Part shown: positions 8,453 through 19,018 of the stretch, piece by piece | How positions within the stretch are numbered: position 1 is the stretch's first letter | Layout of the letters: every line of letters starts with the position of its first letter | Assembly: GCA_963734525.1 (NCBI GenBank) | Contig: CAVTHI010000001.1 | Location: 25,637 to 89,636 of the forward strand | DNA length: 64,000 nt | Direction: 5' to 3' | Source of the DNA: an uncultured archaeon | Lineage (GTDB): Archaea > Micrarchaeota > Micrarchaeia > Anstonellales > Bilamarchaeaceae | Position numbers and translations under genes: made by a program | The notes under the pieces: model-generated | Told to the model about the DNA's origin: nothing | What the model saw: only the letters and a program-made list of their open reading frames with translations | Databases searched by the model: none

Positions 8453-9639
8453 TGAAGGACGTGAGGAAGGATTTCCCGATACTTGCGAGGCACCCGCAGC
8501 TGACGTATCTCGACAGCGCGTGCACGTCGCTGAAGCCGCGCGAAGTGATTGATGCCGAATCCTCTTATTACGCCGAACTCGGCGCTTGCGCGGGGAGGAG
8601 CTCGCACAGGCTCGGCCGCGAGGCCAGCAGCGCGGTCGAAGGCGCGAGGGAGAAAATCGCGGCGTTCGTGGGCGCGAAGGCCGAGGAGGCCGTGTGGACG
8701 AGGAACGCGACCGAAGCGCTCAATATCGTCGCATACGGGCTCGATTACTCGAAAAGGAGGAAGGTCGTGACGAGCGCGCTCGAGCACCATGCGGTGCTCC
8801 TTCCATGGATGGACCTGCAGGAGCAGGGGAAAATCAGGCTGGAGATAGTCGGGTGCGACGAAAGCGGGCATGTCGGCGAGGAAAGGTGGGCAAATGCCAT
8901 AGACAGGGACACGGCGCTGGTCGTCACGAACAACGGGAACAACACCAGCGGCGTCAGCCAGTGCACGAAAAACCTCGCGAAGCTCGCCCACGACAACGGG
9001 GCGCTCCTGTGCATAGACGGGGCGCAGGGCATCCCGCACCGCAGGGTCGATTTCAGGAAGGAGAATTTCGATTTCCTGTGCTTTTCTGCCCACAAGATGC
9101 TCGGCCCGACCGGAATCGGGGCGCTCGTGATGAAAAAGGAGCACATGGCGAAGCTCCAGCCGCTCGTCCGGGGAGGGGGGACCGTGAAGACCGTGACCCT
9201 CGCCAAGGTCGAGCCGGTCAATGATTACACGAGATTCGAGGCTGGCGTCCAGCACTACAGCGGGATGCTGGGCTTTTCCGCGGCATGCGACTACCTGAGG
9301 GCCTACGGGATGGAAAACGTGGAGGCGCATGAGAAGGCGCTCGCATCGGCCATGCGCTCGGAGCTTGAAAACGCAGGCGTCCAGATTCATGGCCCGTTGG
9401 ATGAGCAAAGGAGCGCACTCTATTCGTTTAACATCAGGGGCGCCAAGGCGCACGACGTCGCGCTTATGCTGGACAAGGACGGCATCGCGGTCCGGAGCGG
9501 GTTCTTCTGCGCCCAGCCAGCCATGGAGGCCATGGGCGCAAAAGGCGGCGCGGTGAGGGCGAGCTGCTACATATACAATACTCCAGAGGACGTGAAAAGG
9601 CTCGGCGATGCCCTGAAAAAAATCGCGGCGCTCTACTGA
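8452..9639 (+). CDS. sufS: Cysteine desulfurase, SufS type (class V aminotransferase)
   Basis: YLDSA, EHHA, DGAQ, SAHKMLGPTG and RSGFFCAQP motifs; start MKDVRKDFP. Confidence 0.9.
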   Translation: MKDVRKDFPILARHPQLTYLDSACTSLKPREVIDAESSYYAELGACAGRSSHRLGREASSAVEGAREKIAAFVGAKAEEAVWTRNATEALNIVAYGLDYSKRRKVVTSALEHHAVLLPWMDLQEQGKIRLEIVGCDESGHVGEERWANAIDRDTALVVTNNGNNTSGVSQCTKNLAKLAHDNGALLCIDGAQGIPHRRVDFRKENFDFLCFSAHKMLGPTGIGALVMKKEHMAKLQPLVRGGGTVKTVTLAKVEPVNDYTRFEAGVQHYSGMLGFSAACDYLRAYGMENVEAHEKALASAMRSELENAGVQIHGPLDEQRSALYSFNIRGAKAHDVALMLDKDGIAVRSGFFCAQPAMEAMGAKGGAVRASCYIYNTPEDVKRLGDALKKIAALY

Positions 9640-9657
9640 ATGCGCATCCTGAAAAAA

Positions 9658-9975
9658 TCAGACGTCAATTTCGCAGAGGACGCGGACGCCCTTCAGGGCG
9701 GGGTCCAGCATCTCGTGCGCGGGCCCGAACTTCGCCCTGACCTGCACTTTCGACGCAACAGGGACGCCCCTTGCGCGCAAATCCTTCGCCAGCTGGGTGT
9801 AAAATTCCGGGATGACGGTGTCATCGGCGATTGCCCGGACGAGCTTGAGCGGGACCTTGGTGTCCAGCTTCAGCGGCTTCAGCAATTTCTTGCCGTCCCG
9901 CTCGACAACGAGGTAGAATACGAGGTCCACCTTCTCAAGCGCGAGGTTCCGGTCGAGATTTCTGCGCGAGACCAT
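9658..9975 (-). CDS. Hypothetical protein
   Basis: ORF fills the gap; TATA-like sequence upstream. Confidence 0.6.
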   Translation of the reverse strand: MVSRRNLDRNLALEKVDLVFYLVVERDGKKLLKPLKLDTKVPLKLVRAIADDTVIPEFYTQLAKDLRARGVPVASKVQVRAKFGPAHEMLDPALKGVRVLCEIDV

Positions 9976-10027
9976 ATGGTAGGGATGGAAGGAAAGGGTT
10001 TATGATAATTAGCCAACTAACAACTGC

Positions 10028-10456
10028 ATGCCAGAATGCATATTTTGCAGGATTGTCCGCGGGTCGCAGTTGAGCGTGAAACTGTTCGAAGACGAGAACA
10101 TGATAGCCTTCATGGACTTCAAGCCGATAACGAAGGGCCATGTCCTGATCATCCCGAAGAAACATGCCGAGCTGCTGACCGAACTCGACGACAACCTCGC
10201 AGCGGAAATGATAATCCTTGCGAAGAAGGTCGGCAAGGCCCTCCGGAAGTCGAAATTGAACTGCCACGCCGTCAATTACATCATGTCCGACGGCGCGGAA
10301 GCCGGGCAGAGGATTTTCCACGTGCATATGCACATCATCCCGAGATACCGCGGCGACGGATTCGGCCTCAGGATGCCGGAGCGGGACGAGGAAGAGGAAG
10401 ACGAGAAGAGGCTTGAGAGGACCGCTGTGAAAATCCGCAAGTTCTTCGAGAAGTAG
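10028..10456 (+). CDS. HIT family hydrolase
   Basis: CIFC, GHVLIIPKKH and FHVHMHIIPR motifs. Confidence 0.95.
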   Translation: MPECIFCRIVRGSQLSVKLFEDENMIAFMDFKPITKGHVLIIPKKHAELLTELDDNLAAEMIILAKKVGKALRKSKLNCHAVNYIMSDGAEAGQRIFHVHMHIIPRYRGDGFGLRMPERDEEEEDEKRLERTAVKIRKFFEK

Positions 10457-10465
10457 GCGGTCGGC

Positions 10466-11185
10466 ATGGCAAAAAGAATCCCGAAGGAACGGTCCGGACG
10501 GGTGGTCATCGTAAAAGACGGGCCTTACCGCGTCTCCGGCAGCCTGCCTCTCGACAAGGCCATCATCATAACCGACCGCAGGGGGATACCGGCCCGGTGG
10601 GGCAAGGGCGAGAAATACCCCGCTCAGGAGAGCTATTCGCTCTGCCGCTGCGGCCACTCCGTAAGCAAGCCGTATTGCTCGGGGATGCATGCGGAAAAGA
10701 GATTCGACGGCACCGAAACTGCGAGCCGGAAAAAGTTCATGAAGCAGGCCGACAGGTACAGGGGGCCCGTTATAAACCTCTTGGATGCGGTCTCGTTCTG
10801 CGCCCTCGCCAGGTTCTGCGACAAGGCAGAAGGCGTCTGGGAGCTTTCCTCAAGGAAGGACAAGAAATCCGTGAAGCTGGCCATACGCGAGGCATGCGAC
10901 TGCCCGGCCGGGAGGCTCCTGGCGTGGGATAATAAGACCGGAAAGCCGATTGAGCCGAAACTGAAGAAGTCGATAAGCCTGATTGAGGACCCATCAGAAA
11001 GGGCGAGCGGGCCGATATGGGTCAAGGGCGGGGTCCCCATCCAGTCTTCGGACGGAACCGTTTACGAGGTGAGGAACCGCGTCACCCTGTGCCGATGCGG
11101 GAAATCCATCAACAAGCCGTTCTGCGACGGCACCCACCTCACGGTCGAATTCAACGACGGCGATAAAAGGCTGAAGAAGAAGTGA
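10466..11185 (+). CDS. CDGSH iron-sulfur domain protein (two CDGSH motifs around a central Fe-S domain)
   Basis: LCRCGHSVSKPYCSGMH and LCRCGKSINKPFCDGTH; central CALARFC...CPAG. Confidence 0.9.
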   Translation: MAKRIPKERSGRVVIVKDGPYRVSGSLPLDKAIIITDRRGIPARWGKGEKYPAQESYSLCRCGHSVSKPYCSGMHAEKRFDGTETASRKKFMKQADRYRGPVINLLDAVSFCALARFCDKAEGVWELSSRKDKKSVKLAIREACDCPAGRLLAWDNKTGKPIEPKLKKSISLIEDPSERASGPIWVKGGVPIQSSDGTVYEVRNRVTLCRCGKSINKPFCDGTHLTVEFNDGDKRLKKK

Positions 11186-11260
11186 AAGATGGGGGGAGTG
11201 GCGCGTCTCCAAAGCAGGGGCATACATCCATTTATATATACTTTTAGACACAAGTAATGC

Positions 11261-11926
11261 ATGAAAGAAGTGAGAGTCCGCCTCCTATACCCGGCCTCGG
11301 TGAAGCCCGAGGAAGTCGGGGCCGCCCTGCGCGGCATGGAGAGGTTCAGGACTTATGGCGTCCTTCATGACAGCGCCGGGTTGCGCGGGAATGACAAGGA
11401 GGCGCTCCGCGGCGTAAGCAACGGAAAGACGATGAAAAGGCTCGTGACTTCGCCGGAACTTGTGATGAGCCCCGTCGATTTGCATGTGGACGTCGTAGGG
11501 ATGCTATTCAAGAGGGACATAATCCCGGTCGGTTTGACGCCGGTCCGGATGAACGAATTGGTCGGGGAGGAGTTTTCCGTGAAGAAGGAACCGCGCCTCG
11601 GGCTTTCCAGGGGGGGCATAGGCGCGATAGTATCGCTTTTCAAGCCGAGGGAGATGGAAACGGCGAGCACGGATGCCTCCGTGCCTGTGTACAGGAACGG
11701 GATGGACTCGGGAATCGCGCTGAAATCGATTGAATTGGCGGTCATGCACGAGCTTGGCCACGTATTCGGGGTGCAGGGGCACTGCGAGAATAAGGGCTGC
11801 CTTATGCAGGCGAACGAGAACTTCGCGGATTTCATTGACAGGTTCGTGATACCGGGCGTAAATTTCTGCAGGAACTGCTCATCGACGATAAGCTGTGCTG
11901 TGAACAGGATGATAGCCCCCTTTTAA
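11261..11926 (+). CDS. Archaemetzincin-like zinc metalloprotease
   Basis: HELGHVFGVQGHCENKGCLM plus C-terminal CRNC. Confidence 0.75.
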   Translation: MKEVRVRLLYPASVKPEEVGAALRGMERFRTYGVLHDSAGLRGNDKEALRGVSNGKTMKRLVTSPELVMSPVDLHVDVVGMLFKRDIIPVGLTPVRMNELVGEEFSVKKEPRLGLSRGGIGAIVSLFKPREMETASTDASVPVYRNGMDSGIALKSIELAVMHELGHVFGVQGHCENKGCLMQANENFADFIDRFVIPGVNFCRNCSSTISCAVNRMIAPF

Positions 11927-11964
11927 CGACCCGTGGTCGGGTTGCGTCCGCCGCCACGAAGAAG

Positions 11965-12657
11965 TCAGTTCCGGATTTCGTTGAGGGACTGGATTAGCAG
12001 GTTCATGACGATTCTGTAGCCTTCGGGGTTCGGATGCATCCCGTCGGACGTCAGTTCCCGCCTCATGGCATTGCCTCTCGAGCCGTCGGGATTCCTGGCT
12101 GCCAGCTCCGAGAGGTCCATCACCCGGACGGTGCCGCTCTGCCTGCCGACCAGGAAACGGTTGAATTCCGACATCGCTGCCATGGAATCCGGGGAGTATT
12201 CGTTTCGAAGGTGGCGCAGCGGCTTGTGCTCCCTGCAAGGGGGCAGGGTGGCGAACACGACATTGAGGCCGTTGTCCTTGGCCCATTTCAGGAAGGAGTC
12301 AACCCGGCCCTCAAGGGCCGCCACTCCTTTCGCAATGCGCTCGGCCCGGGACTTGGCCGAGGATAATGCATCCCATACGGGCGATGTCAGGGCGGTCAAA
12401 TCGTTCATGCCCCCGAAAACTACGACCGTTCCTCCTCGGGGTATCTGGCCGTTCGCATAAGCGCCCTGTATCATTGCCGCGACATCCGCGAAGGGCTTGC
12501 CGACGGAGCTATGGACTTGCATGCTCTGGAGGCCGACCTCCGGAAGCCTTGACCGTGCTTCCCTGTACAACATGCCCTGGGCTAGCGAATCCCCGAAAAC
12601 CACGGGGTGGAGATGAATAAGCGATTGCGATTGTGTTGCAGCGACCGGTCCGGCCAT
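11965..12657 (-). CDS. SGNH/GDSL hydrolase
   Basis: FGDSL, GGMND and DGMHPNPEGY motifs. Confidence 0.85.
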   Translation of the reverse strand: MAGPVAATQSQSLIHLHPVVFGDSLAQGMLYREARSRLPEVGLQSMQVHSSVGKPFADVAAMIQGAYANGQIPRGGTVVVFGGMNDLTALTSPVWDALSSAKSRAERIAKGVAALEGRVDSFLKWAKDNGLNVVFATLPPCREHKPLRHLRNEYSPDSMAAMSEFNRFLVGRQSGTVRVMDLSELAARNPDGSRGNAMRRELTSDGMHPNPEGYRIVMNLLIQSLNEIRN

Positions 12658-12713
12658 GATAAATTTTCCAGTGCGAAGGTTATATATTATGGTTCAGGGG
12701 CGGATGAACAGGA

Positions 12714-13184
12714 TTAGATGGGTTCGCGGATTCTGGGCCGGGAGACTCTCGCGAGCATCTGCTCTAGGGCGGGGAGGTCCTTCTCATGGATGGACTGGAG
12801 GATGATTTCGAAGCCGCGTTCGGCCCGCCCGGTCTGGATGCCCACATCGGCGACGCCCAGGAGCTCCCCGACATAGGAACGGTTAACCTCGTAGTCCTGG
12901 ATCTTGCTGATTGGAACGTGATATTCGTCCTTGACCCATATTCCTGAGATGCGGATGATTTCCCCGTCGGATACCGAATAGAGGTTGGAGATGTGCGAGT
13001 AGAAATGAATGCCGAGCCAGCCGAGGGCCAGCAGTCCGGCCAGAACGGCCATGGATAGGACTGCGATGCCGGTATCGCCATCCAACGAAGCGGCTATAAA
13101 CACCGCCAATACCAGAATCACCGCAAGCGCGCCGAACGCCCGCATGTAGGGGCGGAGGGCAGGACGCAGATTCATGGACCCCAT
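12714..13184 (-). CDS. Membrane protein with bacterial PH (bPH_2) domain
   Basis: Two TMs, then SGIW..VPISKIQDYEV..LLGVADVGIQT. Confidence 0.75.
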   Translation of the reverse strand: MGSMNLRPALRPYMRAFGALAVILVLAVFIAASLDGDTGIAVLSMAVLAGLLALGWLGIHFYSHISNLYSVSDGEIIRISGIWVKDEYHVPISKIQDYEVNRSYVGELLGVADVGIQTGRAERGFEIILQSIHEKDLPALEQMLARVSRPRIREPI

Positions 13185-13295
13185 GCGAGGAACGGGAAGG
13201 CGAAATTTATATAATGCACACACGCGCCACGATGACGCGATGGCGGAAGGGCTGGCAAGGCGGCGATGCGGCGCTTCCCGGAGATGGCGCGGGGC

Positions 13296-15734
13296 TCACT
13301 GCCAGCCCGTCAGTTTCAGCGTAGCGTGCTTTATGTAGTCGTTGACAATCAGCGGGAATATGACGGAATACCCGATTACAAACGCGGTCATATCCAACGG
13401 TACTGCGCCCATCCCAAGCCAGCCGGCAGAGACTATGACGATCGCGATTGCCATATCGGCGACCACTGCTCCGAAGAAGACCTTGCTCGGGGCGGAATCC
13501 CAGAAATGCCCATGCTCCCTCAGCACGAAGACCGAGAACATGGCGAAGAAGAATAGTATCTCGAAGGAGAACGTGTGCAGCGCCGCGTCGTTCGCCATAA
13601 GGCCGAAAAAATGGTCGCCGAGGTAAAGGAGCCCGAACGCCTCCACGACCAGCACAAGGCCGAGCAGGATGGAGATGCGTGTCAGCCCCCGGATATCCCA
13701 GACGTCTGGCTTCCGGGACATCTTGACGTTATCGGTCGAGAGGGTGATTTTCACGAAATCGGTCATGAAAATCATGAGAAGGACCGCCGTGGACGAGACC
13801 ACGAACCGGCCTGTCAGCAGGAAAGCGAAAACGATGAAGCAGGTCTTTAGGATGGTCCGCGTGATCTTGTTCAGTATCCAGGTGTTTATCCGTTTGAACA
13901 TCAGCCGGCCGGATTTGATGGGTTCCACGACATGCGGCAACCCCGGCCCGGTCAAGACGATGCTGGCCGACCCCTTGGCGACATCCGTCGCATTGCTCAC
14001 CGCGATGCCGACCTCGGCCTGCCTCAGTGCGGGCGCGTCATTCACGCCGTCGCCGGTCATACCGATGATGTGTCCCCGGCTCTGGAGGCTTTTCACGATT
14101 GTGAATTTGTCGCCGGGGTAAATCTCCGCAAAACCGTCGCTTTTTTCGGCCAGCTCCCCGGCTTCGGCGGGGTTCTCGTCGAAATACTGCTTCAGGTTCG
14201 ATACCTTGATGACATTGCCTCCGATTCCGGCCTCTTTCGATATTTCCCGGCCTATCGGCAAGGCGTCACCGGTGAGCAGCTTGATGGAAACGCCCAGGTC
14301 CTTCAGTTCGCTCACCATCTGTAACGTATCGTCCCGCAGGGGGTCGTGTAGCGCGACCAGGCCAGCCAGCCTTATGCCGCCCTTGCCTTCGCCCGCTGCC
14401 ACCGCCAGCGTCCGGTAGCCGTTCCTTGCCAGATGGTCCATGGTGGCCTCAAGCCGGCGGACTGCCGCTTCGTCCTGCCCGCAGAGCCGTGCGATGACGT
14501 CGACCGCCCCCTTCATCACCCGGACATGCTTGCCCCCCAGCTTTACGACAGCCTCCGTCCTTCTTGCCGTGGTGTCGAAGGGTATGAACTTCAGGACAGG
14601 AGGCGGCGCATCGAGCAGCTTTCTCCCCTTCGCAGCGCTTATAAACGCGGCATCGATATTGTCCTGGTTCGCTTCCTGCGATGCCAGCGCCCCGTAGAGA
14701 AGGACATCGTCGGCGCGGAATCCGTTGTAGGGAAGGACCTCATTGACAGACAGCCTGCCGGATGTTATCGTCCCGGTCTTGTCAACGCATAGGATGTCCA
14801 TGCTGGCTGCGTCATCGGGGGCGCTTAGCCGAGTCACCAATACGCCCTTCCTTACCAGCTCCATCGAGCTGATGGCCATGCTGATGGTGAACATCGCGGG
14901 AAGCGCGACCGGAACCGCCCCAAGGAGGAGGATGAGCATCAGCGGGAGCGAATCGAGCAGGCTCAATCCGTTGATTAAGGAGAATACAACGGCCACCGCA
15001 AGAAGGGCCAGCACTATCAAGAGAAGCCATTTGGAAAGGTCGGATACCACGTCCTGGATGTGGAGCTTGGGCTTTGCAATCTGGACGAGCTGAACCGTCT
15101 TTCCGAAATACGTCTCCGCGCCGGTTGCGATGACAACGCCGCCCGCCTCGCCGCGGGTGATTATTGAGCCGGAATAAAGCGCGTCGTCCTTCGCCTTCTC
15201 AAGGGGCTCGGATTCACCGGTCAGCGCCGCCTGGTCCACCATCACGGAGCCCTCGGCCACCTTGACGTCCGCCGGGACGAAATCACCCATCCGGAGGCGG
15301 ATTATGTCCCCGCTGACTAGTTCCCTGGCCTGGACGACGTCCCATGCTCCACCCCTCAGCACCCGGGTATAAACCTGGAGCTTTTTCTTGAGGCTTTCGA
15401 CTGCGTTGATTGCGCGCTGCTCCTGCGCGAACCCGAGGATGGCGTTGAAAACGAGCAGGGCGCTGACAATATAGAAGTCCGAATCCTTCTGCAGCAGCCA
15501 TGACAGGAAGATGATTGCCTCCAGCATCCATTCGGCCGGACCCCAGAATTTCTTCAGGAAACGCAGGAAGGGATTCCGCCTCTTTTCCTGGACTTCGTTG
15601 TAACCGTTCCGGAGCAAGCGGGCCTTAGCCTCCTCCACCGTTAGGCCTTTCGAGAGGTCGGAGCCGAGCGATTCGGCCGCCTTCCTGGCGCTTCCGGCAA
15701 ATAGCGACGCTTCAGCTTTGTTTGCTGCTGCCAT
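13296..15734 (-). CDS. P-type ATPase, plasma-membrane proton-efflux (P3A) type
   Basis: TGES, VPVALP, DKTGT, KGA, TGD and GDGVNDAPAL motifs; TM6 Asp (MTDF). Confidence 0.9.
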   Translation of the reverse strand: MAAANKAEASLFAGSARKAAESLGSDLSKGLTVEEAKARLLRNGYNEVQEKRRNPFLRFLKKFWGPAEWMLEAIIFLSWLLQKDSDFYIVSALLVFNAILGFAQEQRAINAVESLKKKLQVYTRVLRGGAWDVVQARELVSGDIIRLRMGDFVPADVKVAEGSVMVDQAALTGESEPLEKAKDDALYSGSIITRGEAGGVVIATGAETYFGKTVQLVQIAKPKLHIQDVVSDLSKWLLLIVLALLAVAVVFSLINGLSLLDSLPLMLILLLGAVPVALPAMFTISMAISSMELVRKGVLVTRLSAPDDAASMDILCVDKTGTITSGRLSVNEVLPYNGFRADDVLLYGALASQEANQDNIDAAFISAAKGRKLLDAPPPVLKFIPFDTTARRTEAVVKLGGKHVRVMKGAVDVIARLCGQDEAAVRRLEATMDHLARNGYRTLAVAAGEGKGGIRLAGLVALHDPLRDDTLQMVSELKDLGVSIKLLTGDALPIGREISKEAGIGGNVIKVSNLKQYFDENPAEAGELAEKSDGFAEIYPGDKFTIVKSLQSRGHIIGMTGDGVNDAPALRQAEVGIAVSNATDVAKGSASIVLTGPGLPHVVEPIKSGRLMFKRINTWILNKITRTILKTCFIVFAFLLTGRFVVSSTAVLLMIFMTDFVKITLSTDNVKMSRKPDVWDIRGLTRISILLGLVLVVEAFGLLYLGDHFFGLMANDAALHTFSFEILFFFAMFSVFVLREHGHFWDSAPSKVFFGAVVADMAIAIVIVSAGWLGMGAVPLDMTAFVIGYSVIFPLIVNDYIKHATLKLTGWQ

Positions 15735-15824
15735 TCAACCCCCTTAGGGCGTTGGAAATTAAAAAGAATGCAGGGCCGCGCGATTTTCAGCAGTTTTTTA
15801 TTCGCTGGCTCGGTAGGCTGAACA

Positions 15825-16039
15825 ATGGTAGCTATGGAAGAAGCATTCCAAGCAGGCGACGTCTACTTAGATTTTCCATACGAGAGCTGCAAGTTCAGGT
15901 GGGAGAAGAAGACCAAGAAGGTGTTCGCACGGTTCTACGGACAGCCAGAGCATGAGATAGATCATACATCCGACTCTATCTTCCGTGATGCCATTTCCGC
16001 CGGAAACTGATTACGCGAGAAGAATACTATAAGGATTGA
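15825..16039 (+). CDS. Small hypothetical protein, apparent indel near 16005
   Basis: ORF 15825..16010 continues in another frame as LITREEYYKD*. Confidence 0.55.
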
Positions 16040-16075
16040 GCATACATATTTGGTTGACCCGGGGGATGGTAAATC

Positions 16076-16661
16076 ATGCCGCAGGCATCATCAAAAGCCA
16101 GGACAAAAAGGGAGTTGCCGCCGGAAAAGCGTGAAGAACTGCTCAAGGCGTTGAAAGCCCGTTTCGAGAAAAACATGAACCGCCATAAAGGTCTTGAATG
16201 GGCGAAAGTGCGGGCAAGGCTGGAAGCTGATACTGAAAAACTTTGGTCGCTTAGTGAGATGGAAAGAACAGGAGGCGAACCGGATGTCGTCGGCCTGGAT
16301 AAAAAGACGGGCGAATGCATTTTTTACGATTGTTCGGCGGAAAGCCCCAAAGGCCGCAGGAGCGTTTGCTACGACCATGATGCGTTAGAGGCAAGAAAGG
16401 AGCATAAGCCGGAAAATAACGCTTTGGACATGGCGGCTGCAATGGGCATCGAGCTGTTATCTGAAGAGCAATACCGGGAGCTGCAGAAACTCGGGGATTT
16501 CGATGCGAACACGTCGAGCTGGGTGAAAACGCCTCCCGGACATCAGGAAACTCGGCGGCGCCATCTTCTGCGACCGCCGCTACGGCCATGTCTTCGTGTA
16601 TCACAATGGTGCCGATTCCTACTATGCCGCCAGGGGGTTCCGCGGCTCGCTTAGGGTTTGA
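16076..16661 (+). CDS. DUF4256 family protein, apparent +1 indel near 16536
   Basis: MERTGGEPDV, ESPKGRRSVCYD and TSSWVKTP; shifted frame IRKLGGAIFCDRRYGHVFVYHNGADSYYAARGFRGSLRV. Confidence 0.8.
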
Positions 16662-16822
16662 ATTTATTGGACTACGGCCGGGACCATAAAAACAAGGTAA
16701 GGCCAAGCTCGAGAAATGCTGATAGGAATCTGACCTACAAATTTGTCATTAAGAACACGTTCACCCATATATTTTCACCTCGATAAGTTAGGCATCAAAC
16801 AATATAAAAAAAGGCAAAAAAG

Positions 16823-16894
16823 GGCCATGACCGTGAATCGAACACGGGCCTAGAGGGCCACAGCCTCTCACGCTACCATTACGCCATCATGGCC
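16823..16894 (-). tRNA. tRNA-His(GTG), with genomic G at -1
   Basis: Cloverleaf: GCCATGA/TCATGGC acceptor, AGAGG-CTGTGGC-CCTCT anticodon arm, CCGTG-TTCGATT-CACGG T-arm. Confidence 0.92.
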
Positions 16895-17050
16895 ATTCAT
16901 CAAAACTGATTGTTATCTCTGAAAACTCGCTTGTTAGCTGTGCCTAGCAAGTTTCTGGATACAAACGTGCGCTCTAGTATTTAAAATATCTCCATTTTGC
17001 GCCCTGAAAGCTCCGGAACGAGAAAAAAATGAGGAAAAAATGGGCTTGGC

Positions 17051-17368
17051 TTATTTGGCGAGCTTGTTCAGCTCCTCCTGGATGAGCCACTGCGCAATCG
17101 GCATGAAGACTATCCATGCAATCAGCAGGACGACCTTGTCGCGCGCCTTCTTCGAGACCGTCTCGATGTCCTCGCAGTACCTCCAGAGGACGTAGATGTT
17201 CAGGAAAGGCACGAAGAGCCCCAGCGTCCAGAGAAGCGGGCTGGTCTTCCCGTTCACGAGGCCGTTCAGCTCGTCCCTGGTCTTGTAGAACCAGTAGAGC
17301 CCGTATATGTACATCGTGATGAAGCTCACGACAACAACGAAAACAGGATCACGTTTCTTGACCGCCAT
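17051..17368 (-). CDS. DUF4234-type small membrane protein
   Basis: ITMYIYGLYWFYKT..ELN and C-terminal IQEELN. Confidence 0.75.
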   Translation of the reverse strand: MAVKKRDPVFVVVVSFITMYIYGLYWFYKTRDELNGLVNGKTSPLLWTLGLFVPFLNIYVLWRYCEDIETVSKKARDKVVLLIAWIVFMPIAQWLIQEELNKLAK

Positions 17369-17395
17369 ATAATCAACCTTGTGGATGAGAATGAA

Positions 17396-18292
17396 TCAGA
17401 GGTTTAAAACAGCACCGGTCGAGGCGCGGGCGCGCCTGAGCACGTGCGAGCCGTCGCCGGTGAAGAATTCGACTTTCTTCGCCCCCGTTCCCCCCACGAA
17501 ATCCACGAGGTCGTTGAAGTCCGCATGGTCGCTGAGAGGGAACGCCGCGTCCGTGTTGAACCGGTAATGGAGCGCCCAGCCGGTCGCGACCGCGCAAAGC
17601 GTCTTCCTCTCGAAGGCCTGCGCGAGGCGGTGCGCGAAATACCGCTTCGCCTTCCCCATCGGGACCAGCGCCACGAAGCGACGGGACATCGCCTCCTCGG
17701 CCTCGTCCGTTCCGACCACGATGCGGTCGAGCTTCAGCCCGGACTTTTCGTATATGGAGCAGAACGATTCGGTTTTTTGCGTCACGACCGGGGCGACCGA
17801 GCAGCCGTTCAGTATCCTGATTACCTCCTGCGCCTTCCCGAGCTCGTAGCATCCGATAATCAGGTTCGCGTCATTGTTGCCGGACACCCAATGCCTGATT
17901 TGCTCGTGCACCTCTTCGTGAGGGGGGAAAACGTAGTCGGGGTCGCCGTATGTCGCTTCCATGATGAGCCTGTCGCATTGAGGAATCTGCGCCTTCATCC
18001 CGAAGATGTTAGGCTTCACGCAGAAATCGCCGGTATAGACCGTGCGCTCCCCGCCGCAATCCGCCGCGAGCATGCGCGCGCCGAGGATGTGCCCCGCGTC
18101 GAGAAGCTCGGCCCCTTCCAGCGATGCGGGCTCGGCATCGAGGCTTGCAAGCGCCAGCGTCTCCGCGCTTGCGATAATCCTTTCCTCGTTCTTTATCCCG
18201 CCGGTGTGGTCGGAATGCGCGTGAGAGAGGAACGGCAGGTCCCCTCCCGGGCCGTCCAGGCCGATGAGTGTGCCCCTGCATTTGATGCGCAT
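17396..18292 (-). CDS. MBL-fold/beta-CASP nuclease
   Basis: SHAHSDH, AGHILG, YTGDF, MEATYG, GKAQE and LSDHAD motifs. Confidence 0.9.
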   Translation of the reverse strand: MRIKCRGTLIGLDGPGGDLPFLSHAHSDHTGGIKNEERIIASAETLALASLDAEPASLEGAELLDAGHILGARMLAADCGGERTVYTGDFCVKPNIFGMKAQIPQCDRLIMEATYGDPDYVFPPHEEVHEQIRHWVSGNNDANLIIGCYELGKAQEVIRILNGCSVAPVVTQKTESFCSIYEKSGLKLDRIVVGTDEAEEAMSRRFVALVPMGKAKRYFAHRLAQAFERKTLCAVATGWALHYRFNTDAAFPLSDHADFNDLVDFVGGTGAKKVEFFTGDGSHVLRRARASTGAVLNL

Positions 18293-18318
18293 GGATGGTA
18301 TTGGGCGGAAAAAAGATA

Positions 18319-19005
18319 TTAATACATCGACCGGTCGTCCTCTTCCTTGTAGGAGTAGGCCAGGATGGCCTTGATTACCTGCGCCCGCTTCTTCCCGACG
18401 CCGGGCACAGCGGCTATGTCGCGCTCGCTGGCGTGCGCGAGGGATTCGACGCTCCCGAAATGAAGCAGGAGGGCCTTTGCCAGTTTCGGCCCGATTGTTG
18501 GAAGCGACTCCACTATGGAGCGCGCGGTCTGCGACGGCGTGAAGGTGCGCTTCTTCGCATAGATCCGCATCGGCTGTTTCTTTGCGATTTGCTCGTGCTT
18601 CGCCAGATGGAAGACGAGCTCGGCCGTCCCGGCCTTATCCCGCGTGAATATGACCGATGCGCCGAAATCCGCGATGATTGAGGAATACGCGCCGAGCAGC
18701 GACTCGCGGCTTAGGCGCTCCTCGTCGCTCATGCCCTCTATGACCACGACGACGCGTTCGTAGTTCGAAACGAGGTTGGGGAGCTGGGAGAACAGGCGGC
18801 CGTCAATCACGGACTGCTCGAAATCCGAGCGCGTCTTGCGCTCCACGGCGACACGGGCCGAGCAGAGGAAATCGCCCACGGAAAGCACGCGCCGCTCGAC
18901 TTCCGCCCCGAGCGAGCGGAACGTGTCGTCGAAAAAGCGGTCCTCGCGTTCGTCGACAGCAATCGTTATTTTCGGGCTTTCGGGGCTGTCCAGGAACTGC
19001 TGCAT
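18319..19005 (-). CDS. xpf: ERCC4/XPF structure-specific endonuclease with HhH2 domain
   Basis: VDERE, VGDF, VERKT..DF..S..DGRL; tandem helix-hairpin-helix. Confidence 0.92.
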   Translation of the reverse strand: MQQFLDSPESPKITIAVDEREDRFFDDTFRSLGAEVERRVLSVGDFLCSARVAVERKTRSDFEQSVIDGRLFSQLPNLVSNYERVVVVIEGMSDEERLSRESLLGAYSSIIADFGASVIFTRDKAGTAELVFHLAKHEQIAKKQPMRIYAKKRTFTPSQTARSIVESLPTIGPKLAKALLLHFGSVESLAHASERDIAAVPGVGKKRAQVIKAILAYSYKEEDDRSMY

Positions 19006-19018
19006 GCAAGCACCCCGT

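Noticed and set aside
16823-16894. tRNA-His as an integration site, and its genomic G-1
   Set aside because: No integrase or duplicated 3' end nearby; an encoded G-1 is ordinary in prokaryotes
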